Source of the DNA: an uncultured Acidobacteriaceae bacterium
GTDB taxonomy: Bacteria > Acidobacteriota > Terriglobia > Terriglobales > Acidobacteriaceae
Length of the DNA stretch: 64,000 bases
Reading direction: 5' to 3'
NCBI GenBank assembly: GCA_964247715.1
Contig: CAXTVJ010000005.1
Location: forward strand, 42,819 to 106,818
Shown: one piece after another, positions 11,057 to 18,869 of the stretch
Numbering within the stretch: the stretch's first letter is position 1
Layout of the letters: the number at the start of each line of letters is the position of its first letter
Program-made: the position numbers and the translations under genes
Notes under the pieces: model-generated
What the model was told of the DNA's origin: nothing
Seen by the model: the letters and a program-made list of their open reading frames with translations, nothing else
The model's database searches: none

Positions 11057-11073
11057 TGCAGATCATGTGCCAA
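11057..11073 (-). promoter_or_regulatory. Sigma-54 (-24/-12) promoter
   Basis: Minus strand TTGGCACATGATCTGCA (GG-N10-GC) just upstream of the first gene of an operon that encodes a sigma-54 activator. Confidence 0.8.
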
Positions 11074-11134
11074 AGCCGAAATGACGAAAGCAGCTGAAAA
11101 TTCGCCGTTCTGGGTTTCGAGTGATGCTGTGCGG

Positions 11135-11170
11135 TGTTCGGAATCGGCCACCGGTGTTCGGAAATGGACA
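11135..11170. promoter_or_regulatory. Tandem putative enhancer (bEBP UAS) sites
   Basis: TGTTCGGAATCGGCCA (11135-11150) and TGTTCGGAAATGGACA (11155-11170; TGT-N10-ACA), 20-bp period, about 90-125 bp upstream of the predicted start site. Confidence 0.65.
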
Positions 11171-11198
11171 ATCCGGCTCGGCCTTGCTCGGCAAGTAC

Positions 11199-11224
11199 AA
11201 AAAAAAACACTGCCTCCGGCAGCG
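11199..11224 (-). terminator. Intrinsic terminator of the mrp-like operon
   Basis: Minus strand CGCTGCC-gga-GGCAGTG followed by T9, immediately after the mrpD stop. Confidence 0.85.
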
Positions 11225-11234
11225 AGGAACCAGG

Positions 11235-13073
11235 TCAGCGGAGCAGGACCATCGCGGCGGAGCCGAAGAGGGCCAGCCCGACGGTGAGGTAGAGGACGTA
11301 GTCGCCGGGATGTCCGCTCTGAAGCGCGCGCAGAAAGTGCTGCTCGCCTTCGAGCCGCGGGCCCAGAAGGAGCCAGCGCTTAAACCTGAGCCGGAAGACC
11401 GAGCTGCAGGCGAGGAGCCAGGCCAGAGCAAGGGAGATCGTGCCGCGGAGGGCGGCGGAGGATAGAGCGTCACGCCAGGTGGGTTGAGTCAGGTCGACGG
11501 TCTGGCCGGTGTAGACGGTGTGAAGGTAGGCCGCCTGGCTGAGGGGCTGGGGGGCGAGCTTGATGGCAGCATCCGCGAGGATGGGAAGCCAGTGCGGCAA
11601 AAAGGGCAGCGCGACCGCCAATGTGAGCAGCAGGACCGGGGGAGCGATGTGGTACCCGTAGATGCGGTGATCGGCATCGCCGGTTTCGGGAAGCTCGCCG
11701 ATCTCGGCGGCCTCGTCGGTCAGGGGTTCGGATCCCCATCCCAGAAACGTGTGGATGCCCACGCGGAAGACCGCGGCGCCGGTGAGAATGCCTCCGATCA
11801 TGAAGAGGAGCGAGACGCCGTGCAGGTGTGCGAGTTCTTCGGCGCGGGCGACTCCAGCCTCGGCGAGCATGGTAGCAAAGCCGGGTGCGGCGGCGAGCCC
11901 GGCTCCGCCGAGAAACCACAAGGCGGCGGTGAAGGGCATGCTCGTGCCCCGGCGGAAGAGACTTCGTTCACCTATGGAGCGGAGACGATGCAGGATGATG
12001 CCGCTGGTGAAGAAGAGGCTTGACTTGATGAGCGCGTGGGCAAGGACGTAGGTGAGCATGGCGGCGATGGCCAGAGGTGAGCCGATCGCCATCGCGAGCA
12101 GCATCATGCCGGCGTGCGAAATGGTGGAGAAGGCGAGGAGCCGTTTCAGGTGGTGCTCGGCGTAGCACATGACGCCGCCGAGGAGGGTGGTCACGGCTCC
12201 GAAGGCGATGAGGAGTCCACGAAGCTGCGATGCGTGGGGTGCGAGTGATTGCGCGAACAGGACGGTGTGCAGGCGGAGGACGGCGTAGAGGCCGAGCTCA
12301 ACCATGATGCCGGAGAAGAGGACGCAGACCGGTGTTGGCGCGACTGCGTGCGCGTCAGCAAGCCAGAAGTGAAAGGGCGCGATCGCGGCCTTGATGAAGA
12401 AGCCGCACGTGATCAGCGTGAAGGCGAAGAGGACGAGCGGGTCGTGCCGGTGGGCGAGCGAGAGGCCGATCTGCGCCATGTTCAGGGCACCGGTCACGGC
12501 ATACAGCAGAGCGATGCCTGTGAGGACGAGGAACGCGGCGATGGTGTTGGTGACGGCAAAGTTGAAGGAGCCCTGAAGGGGTGCGGGTTCCGCGGTCTTG
12601 AGTCCGCAGAGAGCGAAGGCGGCGGTGGACATCAACTCGAAAAAGACAAAGAGGTTGAAGAGGTCGCCGGTAAGCGAGAAGCCGCACATGGCGGCGAGGA
12701 AGAGGAGCATGAGCGGCTGAAAGTGATTGCCGCCGGAGTCGACGAAGCGCCAGGCGAAGATGAGAGCGAGCAGCGTGAGCAGAGCTGCCAGTGTGGCAAA
12801 CCCGACTCCGATCGGATCGACGACGAAGCCGATACCGAGAACCATCGAGCCGCGTGGATACCAGTTGCCGAACCAGTAGACCTGGGTGGTCTGCGTGGAG
12901 TGAACGAGCAAGGTAGCGGTGATCGCGAACGTGAGGGCGGCAAAGAGGATGCCCAGGGTGTCTGCGACCGCGCGGGAGAGCCACTTGCGGGTCGCGGCGA
13001 TGAGCGCGGCACCCAGCAGAGGAAGTGCGATCGGGAGCGGCGGAAGACTGCCGGCGTGCAGGGACATCGGCAT
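11235..13073 (-). CDS. mrpD: MrpD/MbhH-like antiporter subunit (complex I subunit 5/NuoN family)
   Basis: GDLFNLFVFFELM, IKAAIAPFHFWLADAH, LKRLLAFSTISH, AHALIKSSLF; highly hydrophobic. Confidence 0.88.
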   Translation of the reverse strand: MPMSLHAGSLPPLPIALPLLGAALIAATRKWLSRAVADTLGILFAALTFAITATLLVHSTQTTQVYWFGNWYPRGSMVLGIGFVVDPIGVGFATLAALLTLLALIFAWRFVDSGGNHFQPLMLLFLAAMCGFSLTGDLFNLFVFFELMSTAAFALCGLKTAEPAPLQGSFNFAVTNTIAAFLVLTGIALLYAVTGALNMAQIGLSLAHRHDPLVLFAFTLITCGFFIKAAIAPFHFWLADAHAVAPTPVCVLFSGIMVELGLYAVLRLHTVLFAQSLAPHASQLRGLLIAFGAVTTLLGGVMCYAEHHLKRLLAFSTISHAGMMLLAMAIGSPLAIAAMLTYVLAHALIKSSLFFTSGIILHRLRSIGERSLFRRGTSMPFTAALWFLGGAGLAAAPGFATMLAEAGVARAEELAHLHGVSLLFMIGGILTGAAVFRVGIHTFLGWGSEPLTDEAAEIGELPETGDADHRIYGYHIAPPVLLLTLAVALPFLPHWLPILADAAIKLAPQPLSQAAYLHTVYTGQTVDLTQPTWRDALSSAALRGTISLALAWLLACSSVFRLRFKRWLLLGPRLEGEQHFLRALQSGHPGDYVLYLTVGLALFGSAAMVLLR

Positions 13074-13079
13074 CGCCGC

Positions 13080-13436
13080 TCAGCCTCGCATCGTGCGGAG
13101 GTCCGAGGGAGAGACGCTGCCGGACTTCTCATGGGCTTTGACGACCATGGCGAGAAGCAGCGCGACCACCACGGCCTCCACCACGACATCGGTGAGCATC
13201 AGCGCTTGGACAACCGGGTCTACGGTGAGGCGGCCGGGGGCGATGTCGGCAAAGACGGGTGCCGCGCCCCCGACACGGTAGCCGATGGAGAGAAGGAGAA
13301 CATAGGTGGAGCTTTGCAGCACTGCAAGGCAGACAACGGAGTGGACGAGGTGGGTGCTGGTGACGAGACCGTAGAGTCCGCAGCAGAAGAGCCAGGCCGC
13401 GACGAAATAGGGAAAGTAATCGAGGATGTGGGGCAT
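13080..13436 (-). CDS. mrpC: MrpC/NuoK-like subunit
   Basis: 118 aa, three TMs, DPVVQALMLTDVVV motif. Confidence 0.88.
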   Translation of the reverse strand: MPHILDYFPYFVAAWLFCCGLYGLVTSTHLVHSVVCLAVLQSSTYVLLLSIGYRVGGAAPVFADIAPGRLTVDPVVQALMLTDVVVEAVVVALLLAMVVKAHEKSGSVSPSDLRTMRG

Positions 13437-13439
13437 GGC

Positions 13440-14189
13440 TTATTCCTCCGGGATCTTGCCGGTGACGATCTCTTCGAGATAGGTAGAGGCGACGAGCAGA
13501 AACGCGGCGGTGACTTCCACGCCGACGCAGGCGCTGATGAGGGCGATGGTGCCCGCGGAGAAGACGTCGCCGGTGGTGCCGAGCGGAAGGATGTTGGTGA
13601 GCAGCGGCAGGCCGAAGAACAGCGGAGCGAGGCCAATCAGGGCGTAGGAGGCGGCGCCGAGCGCGTCGAACAGTTCCACCGCTGCGTGTGAGGTGATGCG
13701 GCGGAAGGCTTCGGTGTTCTCGGAGATGTAGACGAGGAGTGGAACCGTGGCGAGGATGACGCCGGCCTGAAATCCGCCGCCGGGGGTTAGCTGGCCGTGC
13801 AGACCGATGTAGAAGCCGAAGACGGTGGTGAGGAGGATGGCGGGAAGCGCTACGGCGCGGACGGTGACGCTCATCTTGGGCTGATCTTCGACTTTGCCGA
13901 GCGAGCGGGTCTTCGTGGAAGGGTCGCGGCGAAGAAGCATGGTGACGCCGAGGACGGCGGCGAACAGGATGTTTTCTTCACCAAGTGTGTCGAAGCCGCG
14001 GTAGTCGTAGTTGATGGCATTGACGGCGTCGGTGGCGTGGCGCTCGTAGACGACGAGGTGGGAGATGTAGTCGCCGTACGGTCCGCGATAGGAGCCCCAG
14101 GCGGGCAGATTCAGGGCCGCATCACAGTAGAGGCCGAAAAAGATGAGGCCGAAGACGGCGAAGAGCCGAAGACGGAGACGGTCAGTCAT
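13440..14189 (-). CDS. mrpB: MrpB subunit fused to an MbhE/MrpA-C-terminal-like segment
   Basis: VNAINYDYRGFDTLGEE followed by HGQLTPGGGFQAG. Confidence 0.88.
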   Translation of the reverse strand: MTDRLRLRLFAVFGLIFFGLYCDAALNLPAWGSYRGPYGDYISHLVVYERHATDAVNAINYDYRGFDTLGEENILFAAVLGVTMLLRRDPSTKTRSLGKVEDQPKMSVTVRAVALPAILLTTVFGFYIGLHGQLTPGGGFQAGVILATVPLLVYISENTEAFRRITSHAAVELFDALGAASYALIGLAPLFFGLPLLTNILPLGTTGDVFSAGTIALISACVGVEVTAAFLLVASTYLEEIVTGKIPEE

Positions 14190-14457
14190 GGGAGTCTCCG
14201 TCTTGCGATTCTTCTTTGAGAGCGCTGCGGAACTTCATGCGCGAGATGGCGAGCATGACCATGAGCGGGAGGGCGACCGCGCCGACCGTAATCTGCGAAA
14301 GGGCCACGTCGGGCGCCTGAAAGTAGAAAAAGACCAGCGCCATCAGGATGCCGTAGAAGCCGAGCGCGATGACCTGCTCGGTGACGTCCCGGGTGCGGAC
14401 GACGCCCAGGCCGGAGACGGCGACGAGGAGAAGCATGGCGGCACCGAACCAGGTCAT
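14182..14457 (-). CDS. DUF4040/MbhD-like small membrane subunit
   Basis: 91 aa MTWFGAAM...FQAPDVALSQITVG; ATGA-coupled to mrpG. Confidence 0.85.
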   Translation of the reverse strand: MTWFGAAMLLLVAVSGLGVVRTRDVTEQVIALGFYGILMALVFFYFQAPDVALSQITVGAVALPLMVMLAISRMKFRSALKEESQDGDSHD

Positions 14458-14837
14458 GACCGTGCACCGTCTTGCGGGTGGTCGCGGACGAACTCGAAAG
14501 GGTCGCCGTTGCGTGGCTCCCAGTGGCCGAGCTCGCGGGCGCGGAAGGCGCGTGCGGCCGCGTGGGCGCCGACCGAGTTGATGGCGAAGAGAACCGCCGC
14601 GATGATGAGGGTCTTCCATGAAATCTGCGAGTCGCCCTCTTCGAGGAAGACCGCCAGAACGAGAAAGACGACGCCGACGGAGGCGGGCAGCGAGAGATAG
14701 TGCAGGGCCTGCATCGGCTCGCGCATGCGCCACATGCCGAGGACTCCAAGCCAGCACGCGAGGACCAGCAGGGTCAGCAGGATGGTCTCCAGAACGGGAT
14801 AGTGGAGGGTTGGGCTCTCCCAGGCGAGATGATTCAC
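14454..14837 (-). CDS. mrpG: MrpG-like subunit
   Basis: LGVLGMWRMREPMQALH...NSVGAHAAARA matches the MrpG pattern. Confidence 0.82.
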   Translation of the reverse strand: MNHLAWESPTLHYPVLETILLTLLVLACWLGVLGMWRMREPMQALHYLSLPASVGVVFLVLAVFLEEGDSQISWKTLIIAAVLFAINSVGAHAAARAFRARELGHWEPRNGDPFEFVRDHPQDGARS

Positions 14838-15085
14838 AGGTGTTTCCCGAGGAAGCGGGCGAAGACCAGACCACCGCCGAAGGACATAATCGCGAGCGTC
14901 AGCGGGAGGTCGATGAAGGCGCTGCGGCCGAAGCCTACGGTGAAGAGCACCATGGCGATGGCAACCAGGATGCTGGCCATTTCAAGTCCGACGAGCCGAC
15001 GCTCGGGAGTACCGCGCAGGCACATGTCGGCGCACGGAAGCAGGGCAGAGGCTACGGCGGCTGCGGCGGCGACCCAGACGTTCAT
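14834..15085 (-). CDS. mrpF: MrpF-like subunit
   Basis: 83 aa, ERRLVGLE...FIDLPLTLAIMSFGGGLVFARFL. Confidence 0.85.
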   Translation of the reverse strand: MNVWVAAAAAVASALLPCADMCLRGTPERRLVGLEMASILVAIAMVLFTVGFGRSAFIDLPLTLAIMSFGGGLVFARFLGKHL

Positions 15086-15585
15086 CAGTTGGCGCCCAGT
15101 TGCTTCGTCATCTTCGAGACGCTGCTCCGCTCCATCTGGTGAAAGAGCATTCTGCTCTGGCTAAAGTCGATGCCGATGACGATCGAGTTGGGGGAGGTTG
15201 TGGTGTAGATCGTCGCGAGGACACGGCGAGCCACGAGACGCGGATCGTCTTTGCTGGTCTTGAAGCCGCTGACGCGATAGAGGGACTCGGCTCGGTGTGA
15301 GGGGAAGAGGTCGCGCAGGAGCACCACGAGGAGGACATAACAGTCACTCAGGATGTACCAGGGGATTCGCCAGCCGGCGACGAGGTCGGAGAATCGGAAG
15401 TCGAGCGCAAGCGTGGACGTCGTGGTGACGACCGAAAGGAACAGTGCGGAGGCGGCGACGGATACCGCGCCGACCATCATTTCGTGCGGGCGGGTTCCCG
15501 CGACCAGGAGGATCCACTCGCCTGCCATGAGAACGAGGGCGAGAATCGCGAGCGGCGATCTCAACGCGGTGCTGGATACTGACAT
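15085..15585 (-). CDS. mrpE: MrpE-like subunit (divergent)
   Basis: Two N-terminal TMs, TTSPNSIVI resembling TLTPGT, MLFH; first gene of the operon. Confidence 0.7.
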   Translation of the reverse strand: MSVSSTALRSPLAILALVLMAGEWILLVAGTRPHEMMVGAVSVAASALFLSVVTTTSTLALDFRFSDLVAGWRIPWYILSDCYVLLVVLLRDLFPSHRAESLYRVSGFKTSKDDPRLVARRVLATIYTTTSPNSIVIGIDFSQSRMLFHQMERSSVSKMTKQLGAN

Positions 15586-15728
15586 CGTGGGCTCTCCGCA
15601 TCAGCGTTGATGTCGGCGACTTTCCAAAAGATGCCCGCCCGTGTCCACTACCGAAAGTTGGCGGGAACCGCGGTTACGGCCATTCGTCGCTCTTGCGTTC
15701 TCTCCGCGTGGCCATGGTGGAAATGCAG

Positions 15729-15763
15729 AAGGGAGTTCGTGATCTGCGATCACGAACTCCCTT
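15729..15763. terminator. Strong hairpin, likely terminator of the oxidoreductase gene
   Basis: AAGGGAGTTCGTGATC-tgc-GATCACGAACTCCCTT, perfect 16-bp stem. Confidence 0.7.
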
Positions 15764-15826
15764 GTCTCTGGAGAGAGCCATTCGCCTCACCTCACCCGCA
15801 TGAAGGTGATGAACTGAGCCAGCCAT

Positions 15827-16810
15827 CTAGAGTGTGATGACGACCTTGCCGATCTGCTCATTGCTCTCAAGGTACTTGTAGGCATCCACGCTCTGCTCAA
15901 ACGGGAAGGTACGCGCTATCTCCGGCTTAAACGTTCCATCGGCGAGATGGTCGTAGATGTACTTCTTCATGACGTCCCACTCAGGCGTATTCCGCAGCTC
16001 GTTAAAGGTATAGCCGAACATGCCGATCTTGCGGCCAAACGCAGCCATGGGGAACGGCGTCGGCTTCCCGGAGAGCATGCCATAGAGAAAGATGGTGCCG
16101 CCGCTTTCCGTAGCCTGCGCGAGCGTGTTGATGAAATCGCCGCCTACGGGATCGAACACGAGACGCGCACCCCTGCCTCCGGTTATGGACTTCACGCGGG
16201 CGGCCAGGTCCTCTTCATCCGTCACGATCACATGATCGGCGCCGAGAGCGAGAAGCTTGTCTCTTTTGGCGGACGTGCGGGTCGTGGCGATCGAAACGCC
16301 ACCCTGCTGCTTGACGATCTGGACAGCCGCAAGACCAACCGAAGAACTCGCCGCGGTGATGAGGACGAAGTCACCCGAGGACACCTTGCCGAAGGGCACC
16401 AGCGCACCGTACGCGGTGCAGTACTGCATCCACACCGCCGCGCCTTCCGTGGCAGACAAGGCGTCCGGAACCGCCGCGAGCACGCCCGCCGGAACCACTG
16501 CCCGTTCCGCCAGCACCGGGTACTGTGCCATCGAGAAACCCGGGATGGTACCGAAGCGCTTCCCGACGATCGAAGCATCGACCTCCGGGCCGACCGCGAG
16601 GACGGTGCCCACGGCCTCATATCCGAGACCGGATGGCGGCTCGACCTTCTCCATGTAAACGCCGTGGTAGTACATGCTCTCGGCGCGGTTCAGGCCGACG
16701 GCTTCGACCTTCAGCAGCACTTCACCCGCCTTCGGGTCACGCTCGGGCATGTCTTCGAAGTGCAGCACTTCTGGACCACCGACCTGGTTGAAACGAATCG
16801 CTTTCGGCAT
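15827..16810 (-). CDS. MDR-family NADPH:quinone oxidoreductase-like protein
   Basis: GGPEVL, GYEAVG, ITAASSSVGLAA, GADHVI, GKVVI; SD AGGAG. Confidence 0.9.
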   Translation of the reverse strand: MPKAIRFNQVGGPEVLHFEDMPERDPKAGEVLLKVEAVGLNRAESMYYHGVYMEKVEPPSGLGYEAVGTVLAVGPEVDASIVGKRFGTIPGFSMAQYPVLAERAVVPAGVLAAVPDALSATEGAAVWMQYCTAYGALVPFGKVSSGDFVLITAASSSVGLAAVQIVKQQGGVSIATTRTSAKRDKLLALGADHVIVTDEEDLAARVKSITGGRGARLVFDPVGGDFINTLAQATESGGTIFLYGMLSGKPTPFPMAAFGRKIGMFGYTFNELRNTPEWDVMKKYIYDHLADGTFKPEIARTFPFEQSVDAYKYLESNEQIGKVVITL

Positions 16811-16835
16811 GACACGGGTTCTCCTGTTGCCTTAG

Positions 16836-16860
16836 AGATGCGGCCTGTCCCATTGCGTTG
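16836..16860 (-). promoter_or_regulatory. Putative alternative-sigma promoter, class MAWCG-N14-GCATC
   Basis: CAACG-N14-GCATCT; same geometry at 53916-53940 and 63264-63288. Confidence 0.4.
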
Positions 16861-17139
16861 AAGAAAATACACCTTCCGCCATGTGATCCGGCGCTCGATA
16901 CTCGTTCTGCCGTAGTTGCCGGTGCGGGCCTCAATCGTCGCACGCAGGCGTGAGTGTCCGAGGTCATCGCCCTGCCTGTAGAACCGTTTTAATGAGTCCG
17001 CCGAGGCAAATGAACGCTGCTCAAAGCAAGCCCGACACACTGCGGCACCGGCTGCAGGGAGCGAATCCCGGCGATGGTGCCGGCAAGCATTGCAGAGTCG
17101 AACGACCGAAGCGGCACACAGCCGAGGGCCTGCCCGTCC

Positions 17140-18222
17140 TCAAGCCGTGTACCCGCGTCCCAGGCCAAGAGACGCGAGACCTCTGCGGTAGGTGATGGAG
17201 CTGCGGTCCGCCGGGAAGTGCGCCTCGTCCTGCAGGTTGAGGGGCAGGTCCTCCGGGAACTGGCTTTCGACAATGGCGATATCTTCCGCGAAGACCAGGT
17301 AGTTGAAGTCCAGGGTCTGCTCGACCGGGGAGTCCTTGTCGAAGTTGCGACAGATCGGCACAAAGAGGCGCGTTTTCCGTGCGGAGACCGGCGACGCCGC
17401 ATTCAGGATATGAAGGAGTCCGCCGCCGGGAAATCCTACCGTGAGCTTCGCCGTGAACGGGTGAAAGACCTCGAACCGGCGGTGCCACAGAAATCCCGGC
17501 GGATTCAGGTGCTTCGAGCCATGCGCGTAGTTGCTGACCGTGCTGAGGTAGTCCGCGACGAAGCCCTGCGTCGTCTTCGTGACCTTGTAGTCGGGAACGA
17601 CCGGATTATCCGGCTCTCCGAAACTCTCTCGATGCACGAAGGCGAAGTGGCTTACATCGAGGAAGCCTTCCATCTGTCTGCCGGCAGCTGCCTTGAGATC
17701 CACCGCATCGGGCACGACCTGCAGGTAGTCGGGGTCGTCCCACTCCGGCAACTCGGGCAGGGGCCGTGGGCCGTCGTCCACCAGCCGGATCCAAACCAGG
17801 CCATAGCGTTCCTGCGCCCGGTAGAGATCCAGCCGCAGCCGCGGAGAGATGGTGCCGCCGGGATGCGCCGGGATGCAGACGCAGCGCCCCTCCCGGTCAT
17901 AGCGCAGGCCATGGTATTTGCAGACGATCTCATCGCCCTCGACGTGTCCGAGGCTGAGCGGCACCCCGCGGTGATAACAGATGTCCCGCGCGGCGCTTAC
18001 CCCACCGTCAGAGAGACGGTAAAGGACAACTCGTTCGTCCAGCAGCCGGATCGCCAGGGGTGTGCTTGTAACCTCGCGCGAAAAAGCGACCGGATACCAG
18101 AAGGGTGCGAGCGCACGCCAGTCGGACTCGGCGAAGGTGCAGTCGCGCGGGAGAGTCGGCACGCCGGTTGCCTGCGTGCCCAGCAGATCCGAGGTCGGGA
18201 CAAAGGACGTTGAGGTCGCCAT
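17140..18222 (-). CDS. Rieske non-heme iron oxygenase alpha subunit (VanA/demethylase-like)
   Basis: Rieske CYHRG...CKYHG; mononuclear Fe motif EGFLDVSHFAFVH; VFAEDIAIVE. Confidence 0.9.
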   Translation of the reverse strand: MATSTSFVPTSDLLGTQATGVPTLPRDCTFAESDWRALAPFWYPVAFSREVTSTPLAIRLLDERVVLYRLSDGGVSAARDICYHRGVPLSLGHVEGDEIVCKYHGLRYDREGRCVCIPAHPGGTISPRLRLDLYRAQERYGLVWIRLVDDGPRPLPELPEWDDPDYLQVVPDAVDLKAAAGRQMEGFLDVSHFAFVHRESFGEPDNPVVPDYKVTKTTQGFVADYLSTVSNYAHGSKHLNPPGFLWHRRFEVFHPFTAKLTVGFPGGGLLHILNAASPVSARKTRLFVPICRNFDKDSPVEQTLDFNYLVFAEDIAIVESQFPEDLPLNLQDEAHFPADRSSITYRRGLASLGLGRGYTA

Positions 18223-18349
18223 GCATCATTATGGGCGGACGCGACGCCGTGGATCAATCATTAAGCCAGCCCGGCGAGGCGTGTCGCGCTCGCGAACAGC
18301 ACCGTTGCTGTTCCGTGCAGGCTGCGCCCATGTGGCCTGTCAGCCGAGG

Positions 18350-18377
18350 GGAACCCTTTCGCCCCGATGCTCGTATC
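18350..18377 (+). promoter_or_regulatory. Putative ECF sigma promoter GGAACC-N16-CGTA
   Basis: GGAACC 18350-55, CGTATC 18372-77, upstream of the pspC-like gene; motif recurs twice more in the window. Confidence 0.65.
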
Positions 18378-18427
18378 TGTTGATGAACCAGTCGTATGAC
18401 ACACTGGTCGACAGCGGAGGATCCTCC

Positions 18428-18760
18428 ATGTACTGCCCTCATTGCGGACAAGCCATCACCCCGGACGCTCGGTTCTGCTCCGCCTGCGGCGCCAATCGCG
18501 TTCCTGCCGTTGCTCCAGCGCCGCGCCCCATCGTGCGTCCGCGCTCGCCCCGGCTCATCGCCGGCGTCTGCTCCGGCTTTGCGCTGCACTTCGGCTGGCA
18601 TGTCGCCGTCACGCGCATCCTCTTCGCGGTCCTCACCTGCGTGACCTCCGGCATCGGGCTCCTCGTGTACATCGCCGCGTGGGTCATCCTCCCCGACGCC
18701 CAGTACGCTCTGCCCGCCAATCTTTCGTACACCACTCCGGGTGCCCCGCCGGCGGCTTAG
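18428..18760 (+). CDS. pspC: Zinc-ribbon + PspC domain protein
   Basis: MYCPHCG...FCSACG, then RLIAGVCSGFA...YIAAWVILP; SD GGAGG. Confidence 0.88.
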   Translation: MYCPHCGQAITPDARFCSACGANRVPAVAPAPRPIVRPRSPRLIAGVCSGFALHFGWHVAVTRILFAVLTCVTSGIGLLVYIAAWVILPDAQYALPANLSYTTPGAPPAA

Positions 18761-18869
18761 TCCGGACGAGAGAAACTCCTGCGTGACCTCTGGATGCAAG
18801 CCGGAGGTGAGCGATCGTGGGGAGGTCTCCCGGGTAAGCTGTGCGCCAGGCATTTATCCTCGACACATC

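Noticed and set aside
11133-11170. CRISPR-like direct repeat (CGGTGTTCGGAA twice)
   Set aside because: Only two short units at a 20-bp period and no cas genes; better explained as activator binding sites.
18761-18869. Lysine riboswitch before lysA
   Set aside because: The region is too short (~110 nt) and lacks recognisable L-box elements.
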